Positions 19,169-29,860 of a stretch of 62,589 bases of DNA are shown here, piece after piece. The first letter of the stretch is position 1. Every line of letters begins with the position of its first letter. Source of the DNA: a virus (taxonomy: Duplodnaviria; Caudoviricetes); IMG/VR virus record IMGVR_UViG_3300046167_000817, positions 1 to 62,589 of that record; one strand, 5' to 3'. The position numbers and the translations under genes were made by a program. The notes under the pieces were generated by a model. The model searched no databases and had not been told where the DNA came from. It saw only the letters and a program-made list of their open reading frames with translations.

Positions 19169-19394
19169 AGCGGTTGACGAATTAGTTAAAGTAGCAAAAG
19201 AAGCTATAGTTGAAACTGATGACGACGTTTCTGCTGATAGACTAAAGAATGCAGCAGCTACAAAGAAGCTTGCAATATTCGATGCGTTCGAAATATTAAA
19301 TAGAATAGAAGTTGAAAAAAACTTACTTGAAAACAAACCAACGCAAATAAAAGAAAATACATTTTCGGGGTTTGCAGAAAAAAAATCTAAATAA
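19122..19394 (+). CDS. Putative terminase small subunit
   Basis: Helical 90-aa protein directly upstream of, and coupled to, the large subunit. Confidence 0.55.
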   Translation: MDLKKQKESIIQAGYKAVDELVKVAKEAIVETDDDVSADRLKNAAATKKLAIFDAFEILNRIEVEKNLLENKPTQIKENTFSGFAEKKSK

Positions 19395-21610
19395 TGTCAT
19401 ATCAACAAACATTATATAAGATTATTGAGCCAATTAAAAAAACTACTATTAGTAGATTAAACAAAGGCAAGAAATGGCAGTACGGATATAATGAAGAACA
19501 CGATGTTGTTGTTATTAGCAAGACAGGTAAAATAGGTGAAGTATATGAAATACAAAACTTACGAATAGCTTTACCTGCTGAAAAAGATGTGTATAGCAAA
19601 GATGATAAATGGATTCCTCATGAATATCCGCAAGAACTTAAAAGATTAAAAACAATATTTGATTGGAGAGATTATCCAGAAGAGTTAAAAGAAAAGTGGT
19701 ATGTATACATTGATAAAGAGTTTACTCGTAGAGAAGAGGGTTATTGGTTCCTTAACAAGAGCAGTAGCACTTATATCACTGGCACTCATTATATGTACTT
19801 GCAGTGGTCCAAGATTGATGTTGGGAAGCCAGACTTTCGAGAAGCAAACAGATTATTCTTCATATTCTGGGAAGCTTGCAAGGCAGACACAAGATGTTAT
19901 GGGATTTGCTACCTTAAGAATAGACGGTCTGGATTTAGCTTCATGTCAAGCAGCGAGACAGTTAATCAAGCTACAATCTCATCAGATTCTAGATTCGGAA
20001 TCTTATCGAAGACTGGTGCAGATGCAAAGAAGATGTTTACCGACAAGGTCGTACCAATTTCATCGCACTATCCATTCTTCTTCAAACCAATACAAGACGG
20101 AATGGACCGCCCCAAGACAGAGTTGGCCTACCGTGTCCCAGCATCCAAACTCACAAGAAAGTCCATCACCAGTGCAACCAAATCCAAGCCCCAAGAACTC
20201 GAAGGGCTCGATACAACAATAGACTGGAAGAACACAGGGGATAACTCATATGATGGTGAGAAGTTAAAATTATTAGTTCACGATGAATCTGGTAAATGGG
20301 AAAGACCAGATAATATATTAAATAATTGGAGAGTAACAAAAACAACCCTTAGACTAGGTAGTAGGATAATAGGAAAGTGTATGATGGGATCAACATCAAA
20401 CGCATTAGATAAGGGTGGTGATAACTTTAAAAAATTATATCATGCTTCAGACGTTACAAAACGAAACAGGAATGGACAAACAAGCTCTGGATTATATAGC
20501 TTATTCATACCTATGGAATGGAACTACGAAGGATTTATTGACGATTGCGGAATGCCTGTCTTTGAATCTGGAGATACTAGCCGTTGCGACAATTATGGAG
20601 AAACAATTGGAACAGGAGTTATTGAGCACTGGCAAAACGAAGCGGACGGTCTTAAAAGCGATCAAGACGCGCTAAATGAATTTTATCGTCAATTCCCGCG
20701 TACAGAAGAGCATGCGTTTAGAGACGAAACAAAAAATAGTATATTTAATTTACAAAAGATATACGAACAGATAGATTACAACGGAGATTTAAAAAACTCT
20801 GGGTTTGTATCAAAAGGAAACTTTCAATGGGAAAATGGTGTAAAAGATAGTAAAGTTATATTTATGCCGGATTTAAAAGGAAGATTTAATGTATCGTGGA
20901 TTCCACCGGTGCGTATGCAAAACGTTGTAATAAATAATAGAGGTAGAAAAACCCCAGGAAACGAACATTTAGGGGCTTTTGGATGTGATAGTTACGATAT
21001 ATCCGGAACGACAGATGGTCAAGGATCAAAAGGAGCATTGCATGGATTGACTAAGTTTAGCTTAGATGAAGCCCCTTCTAATAGTTTTTTTCTTGAATAT
21101 GTATCAAGACCTCCAACGGCAGAAATGTTTTTTGAAGATGTATTAATGGCATTAGTGTTTTACGGTATGCCTTTGCTTGCAGAAAATAATAAGCCTAGAC
21201 TTTTATATTATTTAAAAAGAAGAGGATATAGAGGATATTCTATGAACAGGCCAGATAAAAGTTATAATAAATTATCTGTAACAGAAAAAGAAGTAGGTGG
21301 AATTCCAAACTCTTCTGAAGATATTAGACAAGCACACGCAGCAGCTATTGAATCATATATAGATAGACATGTAGGATTAAAAGAAGATAACAACTATGGG
21401 GATCTTTATTTTGATCGTACATTAAATGATTGGGCTTTGTTTGATATAAATAAAAGAACAAAATTTGATGCAGCAATAAGTTCAGGGCTTGCAATAATGG
21501 CATGTAATAAAAATATGTATGCTCCTGCTGTAGTTAAAACAACAAAAAAATTAGAATTTGAATTTAAAAAATACAATAATCAAGGAAATTTTTCAAAAAT
21601 ATTAAAATAA
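19394..21610 (+). CDS. terL: Terminase large subunit
   Basis: Walker A LKNRRSGFS, Walker B LLVHDESGK, motif III GST, nuclease GCDSYD and C-terminal FDAAIS. Confidence 0.92.
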   Translation: MSYQQTLYKIIEPIKKTTISRLNKGKKWQYGYNEEHDVVVISKTGKIGEVYEIQNLRIALPAEKDVYSKDDKWIPHEYPQELKRLKTIFDWRDYPEELKEKWYVYIDKEFTRREEGYWFLNKSSSTYITGTHYMYLQWSKIDVGKPDFREANRLFFIFWEACKADTRCYGICYLKNRRSGFSFMSSSETVNQATISSDSRFGILSKTGADAKKMFTDKVVPISSHYPFFFKPIQDGMDRPKTELAYRVPASKLTRKSITSATKSKPQELEGLDTTIDWKNTGDNSYDGEKLKLLVHDESGKWERPDNILNNWRVTKTTLRLGSRIIGKCMMGSTSNALDKGGDNFKKLYHASDVTKRNRNGQTSSGLYSLFIPMEWNYEGFIDDCGMPVFESGDTSRCDNYGETIGTGVIEHWQNEADGLKSDQDALNEFYRQFPRTEEHAFRDETKNSIFNLQKIYEQIDYNGDLKNSGFVSKGNFQWENGVKDSKVIFMPDLKGRFNVSWIPPVRMQNVVINNRGRKTPGNEHLGAFGCDSYDISGTTDGQGSKGALHGLTKFSLDEAPSNSFFLEYVSRPPTAEMFFEDVLMALVFYGMPLLAENNKPRLLYYLKRRGYRGYSMNRPDKSYNKLSVTEKEVGGIPNSSEDIRQAHAAAIESYIDRHVGLKEDNNYGDLYFDRTLNDWALFDINKRTKFDAAISSGLAIMACNKNMYAPAVVKTTKKLEFEFKKYNNQGNFSKILK

Positions 21611-24034
21611 ATGGCAAAGTCACACCCAACAGGATTATTCCCGAGTCAATCAGTATCTAATGCAGAGAAGTCAAGTTTAGAATATGGACAAAAGATAGGA
21701 AGAGCTATTGAATCAGAATGGTTTAAAAGAGATTCTGGTACTTCAAGGTATCAGTCTAATCGTGAAAATTTTCATAGATTAAGATTATATGCAAGAGGAG
21801 AGCAATCAATACAAAAGTATAAAGACGAGTTGTCAATAAACGGAGACTTATCTTATTTAAATTTAGATTGGAAGCCAGTGCCAATTATTCCTAAGTTTGT
21901 AGATATTGTTGTTAATGGTATTGCAGAAAGAATGTATGATATAAAAGCTTATTCGTGTAGCCCCGCGGCAGTTCAAAAAAGAAGCCAGTACATGGAGAAT
22001 GTTACAAGAGATATGAAAATTAAAGAATACGCTGAAAAAGTGCAGAAAGAGTTGGGGATGAATATTTATAAAACAGATAAAGAAAAATTACCTTATGACA
22101 AGTCTGAACTTGAAATTCATATGCAAATGGATTATAAGCAAGGCATTGAAATAGCACAAGAAGAAGCTTTAAGGAATGTAATGGATAAAAACAAATATGA
22201 GCTAACTAAAAAAAGGTTAGATTATGACATAGCTGTTATTGGTATGGCTTGTGTAAAAAATTCATTTAATACTGCTGATGGAATTAATATAAAGTATGTT
22301 GACCCTTCTGACATTGTGTTTTCTTTTACTGAATCACCTTATTTTGATGATTTATATTATGTAGGTGAAATTAAAAAAATAAGCATAGTTGAATTAAAAA
22401 AAGAATTTCCACAACTAACTGATGAAGAAATACAAGTTATAGAAGACAACGGATATGGCTCTGGTCATTTACTTTATAATAAATCATACGGAGCGGTAGA
22501 CGGAGATGACGATGGTTTTGTGTATGTATTATATTTTGAATATAAAACTTATCAAAATCAAACTTATAAAATTAAAGAGACAACCTCTGGTGGTAAAAAA
22601 GCTATTAGAAAAGAAGATACTTTTGACCCTCCTGCAGATCAAAGAGCTAGGTTTGAAAAAGTAAACAGAACTATAGAAGTGTTATATTCTGGCGCTAAAA
22701 TAATTGGAAGTGAAAATGTTTTGGAATGGAAACTAGCTGAGAACATGACAAGACCTAAGTCAGATACTACTAAAGTTGAAATGTCATATAATATTGTTGC
22801 ACCAAGAATGTATAAGGGAAAACTAGAATCACTAGTTAGCCGAATGACTACGTTTGCCGATATGATTCAGTTAACTCATTTAAAGCTACAACAAGTGTTG
22901 TCAAGAATGGTTCCAGATGGAGTGTTTTTAGACGCTGATGGGATTGCAGAAGTTGATTTAGGAAATGGCACAAACTATAACCCACAAGAAGCTTTAAATA
23001 TGTTTTTTCAAACAGGATCAGTTATAGGAAGATCAATGACTCAAGATGGAGAGTTTAATAATGGAAGAGTACCTATTCAAGAATTACAAAGTAGTAGTGG
23101 AGGTGCAAAAATACAAAGTCTTATTACTGCGTATAATTATTATTTGCAAAACATGAGAGATGTTACCGGCCTTAATGAAGCAAGGGATGGTTCGGTTCCT
23201 GATAAAAATGCTTTAGTAGGTTTACAAAAATTAGCAGCAGCAAACTCAAATACTGCTACAAGACATGTGTTACAGTCCGGTTTATATCTTACTTTAAAAA
23301 CCGCAGAAGCAGTAAGCTTAAGAATAGCGGATGTATTAGAATTTGCAAATACTAAAAATTCTTTTATAAATTCTTTAGGCAAGTTTAATTTAGCAAATCT
23401 GCAAGAAGTGGCGGAGTTACATTTACATGATTTTGGTATATTCTTAGAACTTACTCCTGATGAAGAAGAGCGCCAAAGATTAGAAAATAACATTCAAATG
23501 GCTTTGCAAAAAGATCAAGTTGCTTTAGAAGATGTAATTGATATAAGAGAAGTTAAAAATTTAAAATTAGCTAATCAATTATTAAAAGTTAGAAAAAGAA
23601 AAAAAATGGAAACTGATCAAGCTTTAAAAACTAGGAATATACAATTACAAACAGAAGCTAATGCAAAAGCTGCAGAAGCGGCAGCAGCAACGGACATTCA
23701 AAAAAATCAAGTATTTTCAGAAAGCAAGATGAAAATTAATCAAGCTCAAACAGAATTTGATATAAAGAAACTTGAAAGAGAGGCGGCTATTAAAAAAGAA
23801 CTTATGCTTCATGAGTTTCAATTAAACGTAAAGCTTAAAGAAATGGATTTACAAGTGATTAATGATAAAGACAAGTATCGTGAAGATAGAAAAGATGATA
23901 GAACAAAAATACAAGCTTCACAACAGTCTGAATTAATAGACCAAAGAAAAAATAATAAACCACCAAAAAAGTTTGAATCTGCAGGATTTGATAATTTAGG
24001 AGGCTTTGGATTAGAACAATTTGATCCTAAATAA
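21611..24034 (+). CDS. Portal protein
   Basis: 807 aa directly after terL; PIIPKFVDIVVNG, RDVTGLNEARDG; long C-terminal coiled coil. Confidence 0.85.
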   Translation: MAKSHPTGLFPSQSVSNAEKSSLEYGQKIGRAIESEWFKRDSGTSRYQSNRENFHRLRLYARGEQSIQKYKDELSINGDLSYLNLDWKPVPIIPKFVDIVVNGIAERMYDIKAYSCSPAAVQKRSQYMENVTRDMKIKEYAEKVQKELGMNIYKTDKEKLPYDKSELEIHMQMDYKQGIEIAQEEALRNVMDKNKYELTKKRLDYDIAVIGMACVKNSFNTADGINIKYVDPSDIVFSFTESPYFDDLYYVGEIKKISIVELKKEFPQLTDEEIQVIEDNGYGSGHLLYNKSYGAVDGDDDGFVYVLYFEYKTYQNQTYKIKETTSGGKKAIRKEDTFDPPADQRARFEKVNRTIEVLYSGAKIIGSENVLEWKLAENMTRPKSDTTKVEMSYNIVAPRMYKGKLESLVSRMTTFADMIQLTHLKLQQVLSRMVPDGVFLDADGIAEVDLGNGTNYNPQEALNMFFQTGSVIGRSMTQDGEFNNGRVPIQELQSSSGGAKIQSLITAYNYYLQNMRDVTGLNEARDGSVPDKNALVGLQKLAAANSNTATRHVLQSGLYLTLKTAEAVSLRIADVLEFANTKNSFINSLGKFNLANLQEVAELHLHDFGIFLELTPDEEERQRLENNIQMALQKDQVALEDVIDIREVKNLKLANQLLKVRKRKKMETDQALKTRNIQLQTEANAKAAEAAAATDIQKNQVFSESKMKINQAQTEFDIKKLEREAAIKKELMLHEFQLNVKLKEMDLQVINDKDKYREDRKDDRTKIQASQQSELIDQRKNNKPPKKFESAGFDNLGGFGLEQFDPK

Positions 24035-24052
24035 TAATTAAATAATAAAAAA

Positions 24053-24370
24053 ATGGGTAAAGTAGTAAAAAACGATTGGACCGGTAGTATAAACGGTTCA
24101 GCATATTCAACAGCGAGTTCAGCTGCAATAACACCAACATCAGGCCATGTATGGGTTGCAATAACAATGCTATCCGACAGTGTTTTTGATAGTAGTAGTG
24201 GTTTAGTTGCAGAAAGCGCAACAACATATGTTAATACGGAAGGCATTGGAGCAGGAGCTGCAGGCTTAGTAGTTGACAGTGTAACATTCCCAAAAGGAGT
24301 AACAATTTATGGTCGTTGGACTGAAATTGATGTAGCTTCAGGAACTATTGTTGCATATCAAGGCTTATAA
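24053..24370 (+). CDS. Small beta-rich virion protein (capsid accessory?)
   Basis: FPKGVTIYGRWTEIDVASGTIVAY; position in the head module. Confidence 0.6.
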   Translation: MGKVVKNDWTGSINGSAYSTASSAAITPTSGHVWVAITMLSDSVFDSSSGLVAESATTYVNTEGIGAGAAGLVVDSVTFPKGVTIYGRWTEIDVASGTIVAYQGL

Positions 24371-24421
24371 GGTTAATTATTCTTACCTTTATTAAAAGAA
24401 TAAATACAATTATATTATATT

Positions 24422-25630
24422 ATGTCAGAAGAAATTAAAGCAAAAGTTGTAGAAGGTGATAACCCGTCTATAGCTGAAAAAGAAACGAAAGTCCTTAAAA
24501 AAATGGGGCTTGATACTGGGACTGAAACAGTCACTAAAGTAGATTTAAGACAACCTAAAGAAGAAAACAATGCCACTGAAGAGCAAAGCACAGATGAGAT
24601 TTCTGTTCGCGACGGATCCGAAGCTAGCGAAGAAATACGTAAAAAAAACGAAACGCAACCTAAAGAGTCTACCGGAGAAAGTAAAGAAAAAGAAGAAAAA
24701 GAAGAAGCGATAATTGAGGAAGTTGTAAATGAAGAGCCTAAAGCAAATCAAATAAAAACTGAAGAGCCTAAAGCAATTACGGAAAAAGAACCTGAAATAA
24801 ACATACCAGAGGGTATTGGTGATCTTGTAAACTTTATGAATGAAACGGGGGGATCTATGCAAGACTATGTGCGATTAAATAAAGATTATGATAAACTTGA
24901 TAATGATAATTTATTAAAAGAATATTATAACACAACAAAACCTCACCTTAATTCTGAAGAAATTAACTTTTTAGTAGAAGATAATTTTTCGTATGATGAT
25001 GAAATAGATGATGCTAAAGATATTAAAAGAAAGCAATTAGCTTTTAAAGAGGAGCTTGCAAAAGCAAAAGCGCATTTGCATGGGCAAAAAGAAAAATACT
25101 ATAAAGAAGTAAAGCCTTCTGCTAATCTAAATTTAGAACAGCAAAAAGCAATTGACTTTTTTAATAGATACAGTAATGAGCAGCAAGCAGTTGCTCAGGT
25201 TAAAGAGAAAGCGACAGATACGTTTAATCAAAAAACAAATGAAGTTTTCAATCAAGAATTCAAAGGTTTTGATTTCGATATTGATAACAGGAAATTTAAA
25301 TTTAAACTAAAAGATGTTGATAAAGTTAAAAATACTCAAATGGACATTATGAATGTTGTAGGAAGTTACCTAGACAAAGATAATGTAACACTTCAAGATG
25401 GGTATGGTTATCATAAAGCATTATTTGCCGCAAAAAACGCTGATAGCATAGCTAATCATTTTTATCAGCTTGGTAAAACAGAAGCCGTAAAAGAAATCTC
25501 AGCAGAGTCCAAAAATATAAACATGGACCCGAGACAATCTAGTGGTGGTTTTGTTGAATCAGGAGGAATAAAAGTAAGAGCAATATCAGGAGACGATAGT
25601 TCAAAGCTACGTATTAAGTTAAAAAAATAA
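24422..25630 (+). CDS. Capsid scaffolding protein
   Basis: Acidic low-complexity N-terminus and helical C-terminus, immediately before the capsid gene. Confidence 0.7.
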   Translation: MSEEIKAKVVEGDNPSIAEKETKVLKKMGLDTGTETVTKVDLRQPKEENNATEEQSTDEISVRDGSEASEEIRKKNETQPKESTGESKEKEEKEEAIIEEVVNEEPKANQIKTEEPKAITEKEPEINIPEGIGDLVNFMNETGGSMQDYVRLNKDYDKLDNDNLLKEYYNTTKPHLNSEEINFLVEDNFSYDDEIDDAKDIKRKQLAFKEELAKAKAHLHGQKEKYYKEVKPSANLNLEQQKAIDFFNRYSNEQQAVAQVKEKATDTFNQKTNEVFNQEFKGFDFDIDNRKFKFKLKDVDKVKNTQMDIMNVVGSYLDKDNVTLQDGYGYHKALFAAKNADSIANHFYQLGKTEAVKEISAESKNINMDPRQSSGGFVESGGIKVRAISGDDSSKLRIKLKK

Positions 25631-25653
25631 ATAATAATTAAAATTAAAATAAA

Positions 25654-27102
25654 ATGGCAGCAATAACTCCATCAGCTGGAGGCTCGTTGAACTCAACGCC
25701 AGCACCAGCTAAACAGACATTATCGTCTAACTACCTATCATTTACAGGTGGTTCAAACGATTGGTCTCAGCAGTATTTACCGGACTTATATGAGCAGGAA
25801 GCAGAAGTATTTGGAAACAGATCAATAGCTTCTTTCTTAAGAATGGTAAGCGCTGAAATGCCTATGACTTCTGACCAAGTAGTTTGGTCTGAGCAAGGTA
25901 GATTACATTTACACTATAAAGGTGCAGCAGTAGCTAACACTGGTGTAATTACAATAGCTTCTTCAGGAACTCACGCAGTAAGAGTAGGTCAAACTATCGT
26001 ATTAAGCGATAACACGACTTCTCCTACAGTAATTAAAGCGTATATTTCTGCAGTAGCAGCGGACAACACAACTTTAACAGCAATACCTTATACAGGTGGT
26101 GCAACAGTGGGAGCTGTGTCAGGTTTCGTAACAACAGATGACGATGGTACAGCAACTTGTGACTTATTCGTGTATGGTTCTGAATTTAAAAAAGGAACAG
26201 CAGGAATGACAAACGCAGTACAACCATCTTTTGCGTCTTTAACTAACAAACCAATTATCATTAAAGATAAGTATGAAGTTTCAGGATCTGACTCTTCTCA
26301 AATTGGATGGGTTGAAGTAACAGGAGAACAAGGACAGTCAGGTTACCTATGGTATTTAAAAGCTGAAGGTGACACAAGACAAAGATTTGAAGATAACCTA
26401 GAAATGGCAATGATTGAAGGGGAACTAGCAGCAGCAGCTGGTGGTGTAGACTCTCAATTAGGTACAGCTGGAGCGGAAGCAACTGCAGGTACTGAAGGTC
26501 TTTTTGCGGCAGTAACTTCAAGAGGTCATGTTACTACTGGTATCGCAGGTACTTCTCCAACAGACGATTTAGGTTCTTTCGATAACATTCTTAAGAAATT
26601 TGATTCTCAAGGAGCAATTGAAGAAAACATGTTATTTATTAATAGAGAAGTATCTCTAGCAATTGATGATATGTTAGCTACTCAAAATTCTTACGGAGCA
26701 GGTGGTACATCTTACGGTGTATTCTCTAACAGTGAGGATATGGCGCTTAACTTAGGCTTTTCAGGATTTAGAAGAGGTTCTTATGACTTTTACAAAACTG
26801 ACTGGAAATACTTAAACGACGGGTCAACAAGAGGTATAATTGAAAACGACGTAAGAGGTATAATTGTGCCAGCTGGTACATCTACTGTTTATGACCAAAT
26901 TCTTGGTAAAAACATTAAAAGACCTTTCCTACACGTTAGATATAGATCTTCTCAATCAGATGATAGAAAAATGAAATCTTGGACAACTGGATCAGTAGGT
27001 GGAAACTTCACTTCAGATTTAGATGCAATGGAGGTTCACTACCTATCAGAAAGATGTTTAATTACTCAAGGTGCTAATAACTTTATGTTATTAACTTCTT
27101 AA
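25654..27102 (+). CDS. Major capsid protein
   Basis: 482 aa; position after the scaffold; strongly biased codon usage; followed by a terminator; Bacteroidota-podophage type sequence (WSEQGRLH, GFSGFRRG.YDFYK). Confidence 0.85.
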   Translation: MAAITPSAGGSLNSTPAPAKQTLSSNYLSFTGGSNDWSQQYLPDLYEQEAEVFGNRSIASFLRMVSAEMPMTSDQVVWSEQGRLHLHYKGAAVANTGVITIASSGTHAVRVGQTIVLSDNTTSPTVIKAYISAVAADNTTLTAIPYTGGATVGAVSGFVTTDDDGTATCDLFVYGSEFKKGTAGMTNAVQPSFASLTNKPIIIKDKYEVSGSDSSQIGWVEVTGEQGQSGYLWYLKAEGDTRQRFEDNLEMAMIEGELAAAAGGVDSQLGTAGAEATAGTEGLFAAVTSRGHVTTGIAGTSPTDDLGSFDNILKKFDSQGAIEENMLFINREVSLAIDDMLATQNSYGAGGTSYGVFSNSEDMALNLGFSGFRRGSYDFYKTDWKYLNDGSTRGIIENDVRGIIVPAGTSTVYDQILGKNIKRPFLHVRYRSSQSDDRKMKSWTTGSVGGNFTSDLDAMEVHYLSERCLITQGANNFMLLTS

Positions 27103-27112
27103 ATTTTTCTCT

Positions 27113-27153
27113 GTAGAGCAGGGCGTTGTAATAGCGCCCTAGCTTTACTTTTT
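27113..27153 (+). terminator. Intrinsic terminator after the capsid gene
   Basis: GTAGAGC-AGGGCG-loop-CGCCCT-A-GCTTTAC followed by a T run. Confidence 0.8.
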
Positions 27154-27176
27154 ACTAACTTATATTATATTATATC

Positions 27177-27995
27177 ATGAATAAAAAAACAAAAGCTCTA
27201 AAGAGCACAGATACAGTCGTTGCAGAAGCACCTGTTAAAGAAATAATCAGACAAGAGCCAGTAGCTAAAAAGCCTACTTGGCCAATCAAAGACAGAATGT
27301 ATGTCTTAAAAGAAGGGTTGTCTCCTCTTACTTATACAATTAAAAGCTCCAACATATACTATTTTGATGAAGAAAAAGGGTATGAAAGAGAATTAAAATA
27401 TACCACAAATCAAAAAACATCTTTTGTAGATGAATTTAATGGAGACTCTAAGTTAGCACATATAACTTTTGAAGACGGAATGTTAAACGTACCGAAATCA
27501 AAACAAACACTGCAAAAACTTTTATCTCTATATCATCCACAAAGAAACAGTTTGTTTTTTGAATTTGATCCAGCAGCACAAGCAGAAGATGAATTAGATA
27601 TGATTGAAGTAGAAGTTGATGCGTTAAACGTAGCAATGAACATGGATATTGACCAAGTTGAAGCTGTAGTGCGTACAGAAATTGGAAATAAAGCATCTCA
27701 GATGACTTCTAAGGAACTTAAACGTGATTTAATTAATCTAGCTAAGAAAGATCCTAGATTGTTCTTAGAACTCGCGTCTGATGAAAACATTCAAATTAGA
27801 AATATGGGTATTAGAGCGGTTGAAGCAGGAATTATTAAGCTATCAGCTGATCAAAGAACCTTTATGTGGGGCTCAAATAATAAAAAGCTACTTACAGTAC
27901 CATATGAAGAAAATCCATATTCAGCTTTAACAGCATTCTTTAAAACAGATGAAGGAGTTGAAATTTACACTGCTGTTGAAAAAAGATTAAAGTAG
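27177..27995 (+). CDS. Conserved-type protein following the major capsid gene
   Basis: 272-aa ORF in the head-tail module. Confidence 0.75.
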   Translation: MNKKTKALKSTDTVVAEAPVKEIIRQEPVAKKPTWPIKDRMYVLKEGLSPLTYTIKSSNIYYFDEEKGYERELKYTTNQKTSFVDEFNGDSKLAHITFEDGMLNVPKSKQTLQKLLSLYHPQRNSLFFEFDPAAQAEDELDMIEVEVDALNVAMNMDIDQVEAVVRTEIGNKASQMTSKELKRDLINLAKKDPRLFLELASDENIQIRNMGIRAVEAGIIKLSADQRTFMWGSNNKKLLTVPYEENPYSALTAFFKTDEGVEIYTAVEKRLK

Positions 27996-28001
27996 TCACT
28001 A

Positions 28002-28034
28002 ATAGTCACGGCCCTTAAGTGGGCCTAAGGCTAT
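28002..28034 (+). terminator. Intergenic hairpin (terminator or processing site)
   Basis: ATAGTC..GGCCC-ttaagt-GGGCC..GGCTAT with no clear U tract. Confidence 0.45.
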
Positions 28035-28047
28035 AATAAATAATAAT

Positions 28048-28749
28048 ATGGCCATAAATGTAAATACAGTATATAGAACCGTGCTATCTCTTCTTAACAG
28101 AGAACAACGAGGATTCATGACACCTGATCAATACAACAGGTTTGCCCGAATGGCACAACTTGATTTATTTGAAAAATCTTTTTCTGATTACAACAGATAC
28201 TTAACAAGAAAAGAAACAGGTACAATAAATGATGAATACGCAAATCTTGCTAAAAGCACAAAAGAAAAAATTGATATGTTTTCTACATCATCAACATTAA
28301 CTTTTTCAAGTGGTATTTCTTCAACACCTGAAAATTATTATAAATGTATTATGATTAGCACAAGCTCAAGGGCTACTGAGGTGCAAGAAATATCAAAATC
28401 AGATTTGCCACATATTACATCTTCAAAACTAACAGCACCAAGCACTTCATTCCCAATATATTATAAACAGGGATCAAATATTTATATATTTCCAACAACA
28501 ATATCTTCAGCTACGCTAGATTATCTTTATAAGCCTACTGACCCAAATTGGGCATTTACAACAGGATCAACCTATGGAGATATGGCTTACGCGAGTGGTT
28601 CATCAATAAATTTTCAACTGCATGATTCTGAAGAAGTGCCTTTAATTATTAAAATACTTTCATTAGCAGGGGTTACTATTAAGGATCCAAATATTGTTCA
28701 AATTGCTAAACAAGAAGAAGTGCAAAAAATTAATCAAGAAAATACATAA
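28048..28749 (+). CDS. Head-tail adaptor / tail ring protein
   Basis: VYRTVLSLLNREQRGFMTP..YN.FA..AQ N-terminus; position in module. Confidence 0.65.
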   Translation: MAINVNTVYRTVLSLLNREQRGFMTPDQYNRFARMAQLDLFEKSFSDYNRYLTRKETGTINDEYANLAKSTKEKIDMFSTSSTLTFSSGISSTPENYYKCIMISTSSRATEVQEISKSDLPHITSSKLTAPSTSFPIYYKQGSNIYIFPTTISSATLDYLYKPTDPNWAFTTGSTYGDMAYASGSSINFQLHDSEEVPLIIKILSLAGVTIKDPNIVQIAKQEEVQKINQENT

Positions 28750-28752
28750 TAA

Positions 28753-29856
28753 ATGGGACTAATTACACAATCAGCAAGAGAATACTATGAGGGATCACAG
28801 TTATTTACAGGAGACGGAAGTACTACAACGTTTACATTAACATTTACACCTTTACCAACAGCTGAATCTGTTTTTAGAATTTTTATAGCAGGGTTAGAAG
28901 TTGATGATGATTTACATAGTTATAATAATAGTACGGGTGTAATTACTTTTACAACTGCACCTGCAAATGGTGCTGCAATAAAAGTTTTACTTGAAAATCA
29001 AAATACGGGTAATTATAGATATATTTCTTTAGCAGACATAGTAAACAACTTTTTAGTTGCATATGTAGGAGACGGAAAAATAATAGATCATGCTTCAAAA
29101 CAAGATATATTGTTTCATTCAAAAAGAGCAATACAGGAATTTAGTTATGATGTTTCAAGAGTTGAAAAAATATTTGAAGTGTCAATTCCTACAACATTAA
29201 TTGTACCTATGCCTCAAGATTATGTTAATTATGTTAAACTTTCTTGGGTAGATGATAACGGCTTAGAAAGACGCATATATCCTACAAACAACACTTCAAG
29301 GCCTTCTCAAGCTGTATTACAAGATACAGACAGTGAATACTTATATGACAATGACAACTCTTTATTGTTAACAGAAGATGAAATAACTAAAAAATTTAAC
29401 GGTATTGAAACTAATGCCGCGCTAGGTAGCAGTAGTTCAAATGATTATTTTACAGCTAATTCAGATTATAGCGATAGTGTAATAGGTTATGGTAGAAGAT
29501 ATGGAAGTCATCCAGAACATTTACAAGTTAATGGCGTGTTTGTAAACGATGAAGCAAATGGGCAATTTGGATTTAGTAGTAATTTATCAGAAAAAATATT
29601 AACTATTCATTATATTTCAGACGGTTTAGGAACTGATGCTGAAATGCAAATACACAAAATGGCAGAGGAAGCATTATATAAACATGTAGCTTACGCTATT
29701 TTATCCTCAAAACAAAATGTTCCTGAATTTATAATAAATAGATTTAGACGAGAGCGTAGAGCGGCTATGAGAAATGCTAAGCTAAGACTTTCAAACATTA
29801 AGCTTGCTGAAATTACAGCTATAATGAGGAACAAATCTAAACAGATTAAACACTAG
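28753..29856 (+). CDS. Tail tubular/ring protein with N-terminal FTGDG domain
   Basis: PQDYVNYVKLSW and HYISDGLG motifs; position in module. Confidence 0.65.
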   Translation: MGLITQSAREYYEGSQLFTGDGSTTTFTLTFTPLPTAESVFRIFIAGLEVDDDLHSYNNSTGVITFTTAPANGAAIKVLLENQNTGNYRYISLADIVNNFLVAYVGDGKIIDHASKQDILFHSKRAIQEFSYDVSRVEKIFEVSIPTTLIVPMPQDYVNYVKLSWVDDNGLERRIYPTNNTSRPSQAVLQDTDSEYLYDNDNSLLLTEDEITKKFNGIETNAALGSSSSNDYFTANSDYSDSVIGYGRRYGSHPEHLQVNGVFVNDEANGQFGFSSNLSEKILTIHYISDGLGTDAEMQIHKMAEEALYKHVAYAILSSKQNVPEFIINRFRRERRAAMRNAKLRLSNIKLAEITAIMRNKSKQIKH

Positions 29857-29860
29857 ATAA

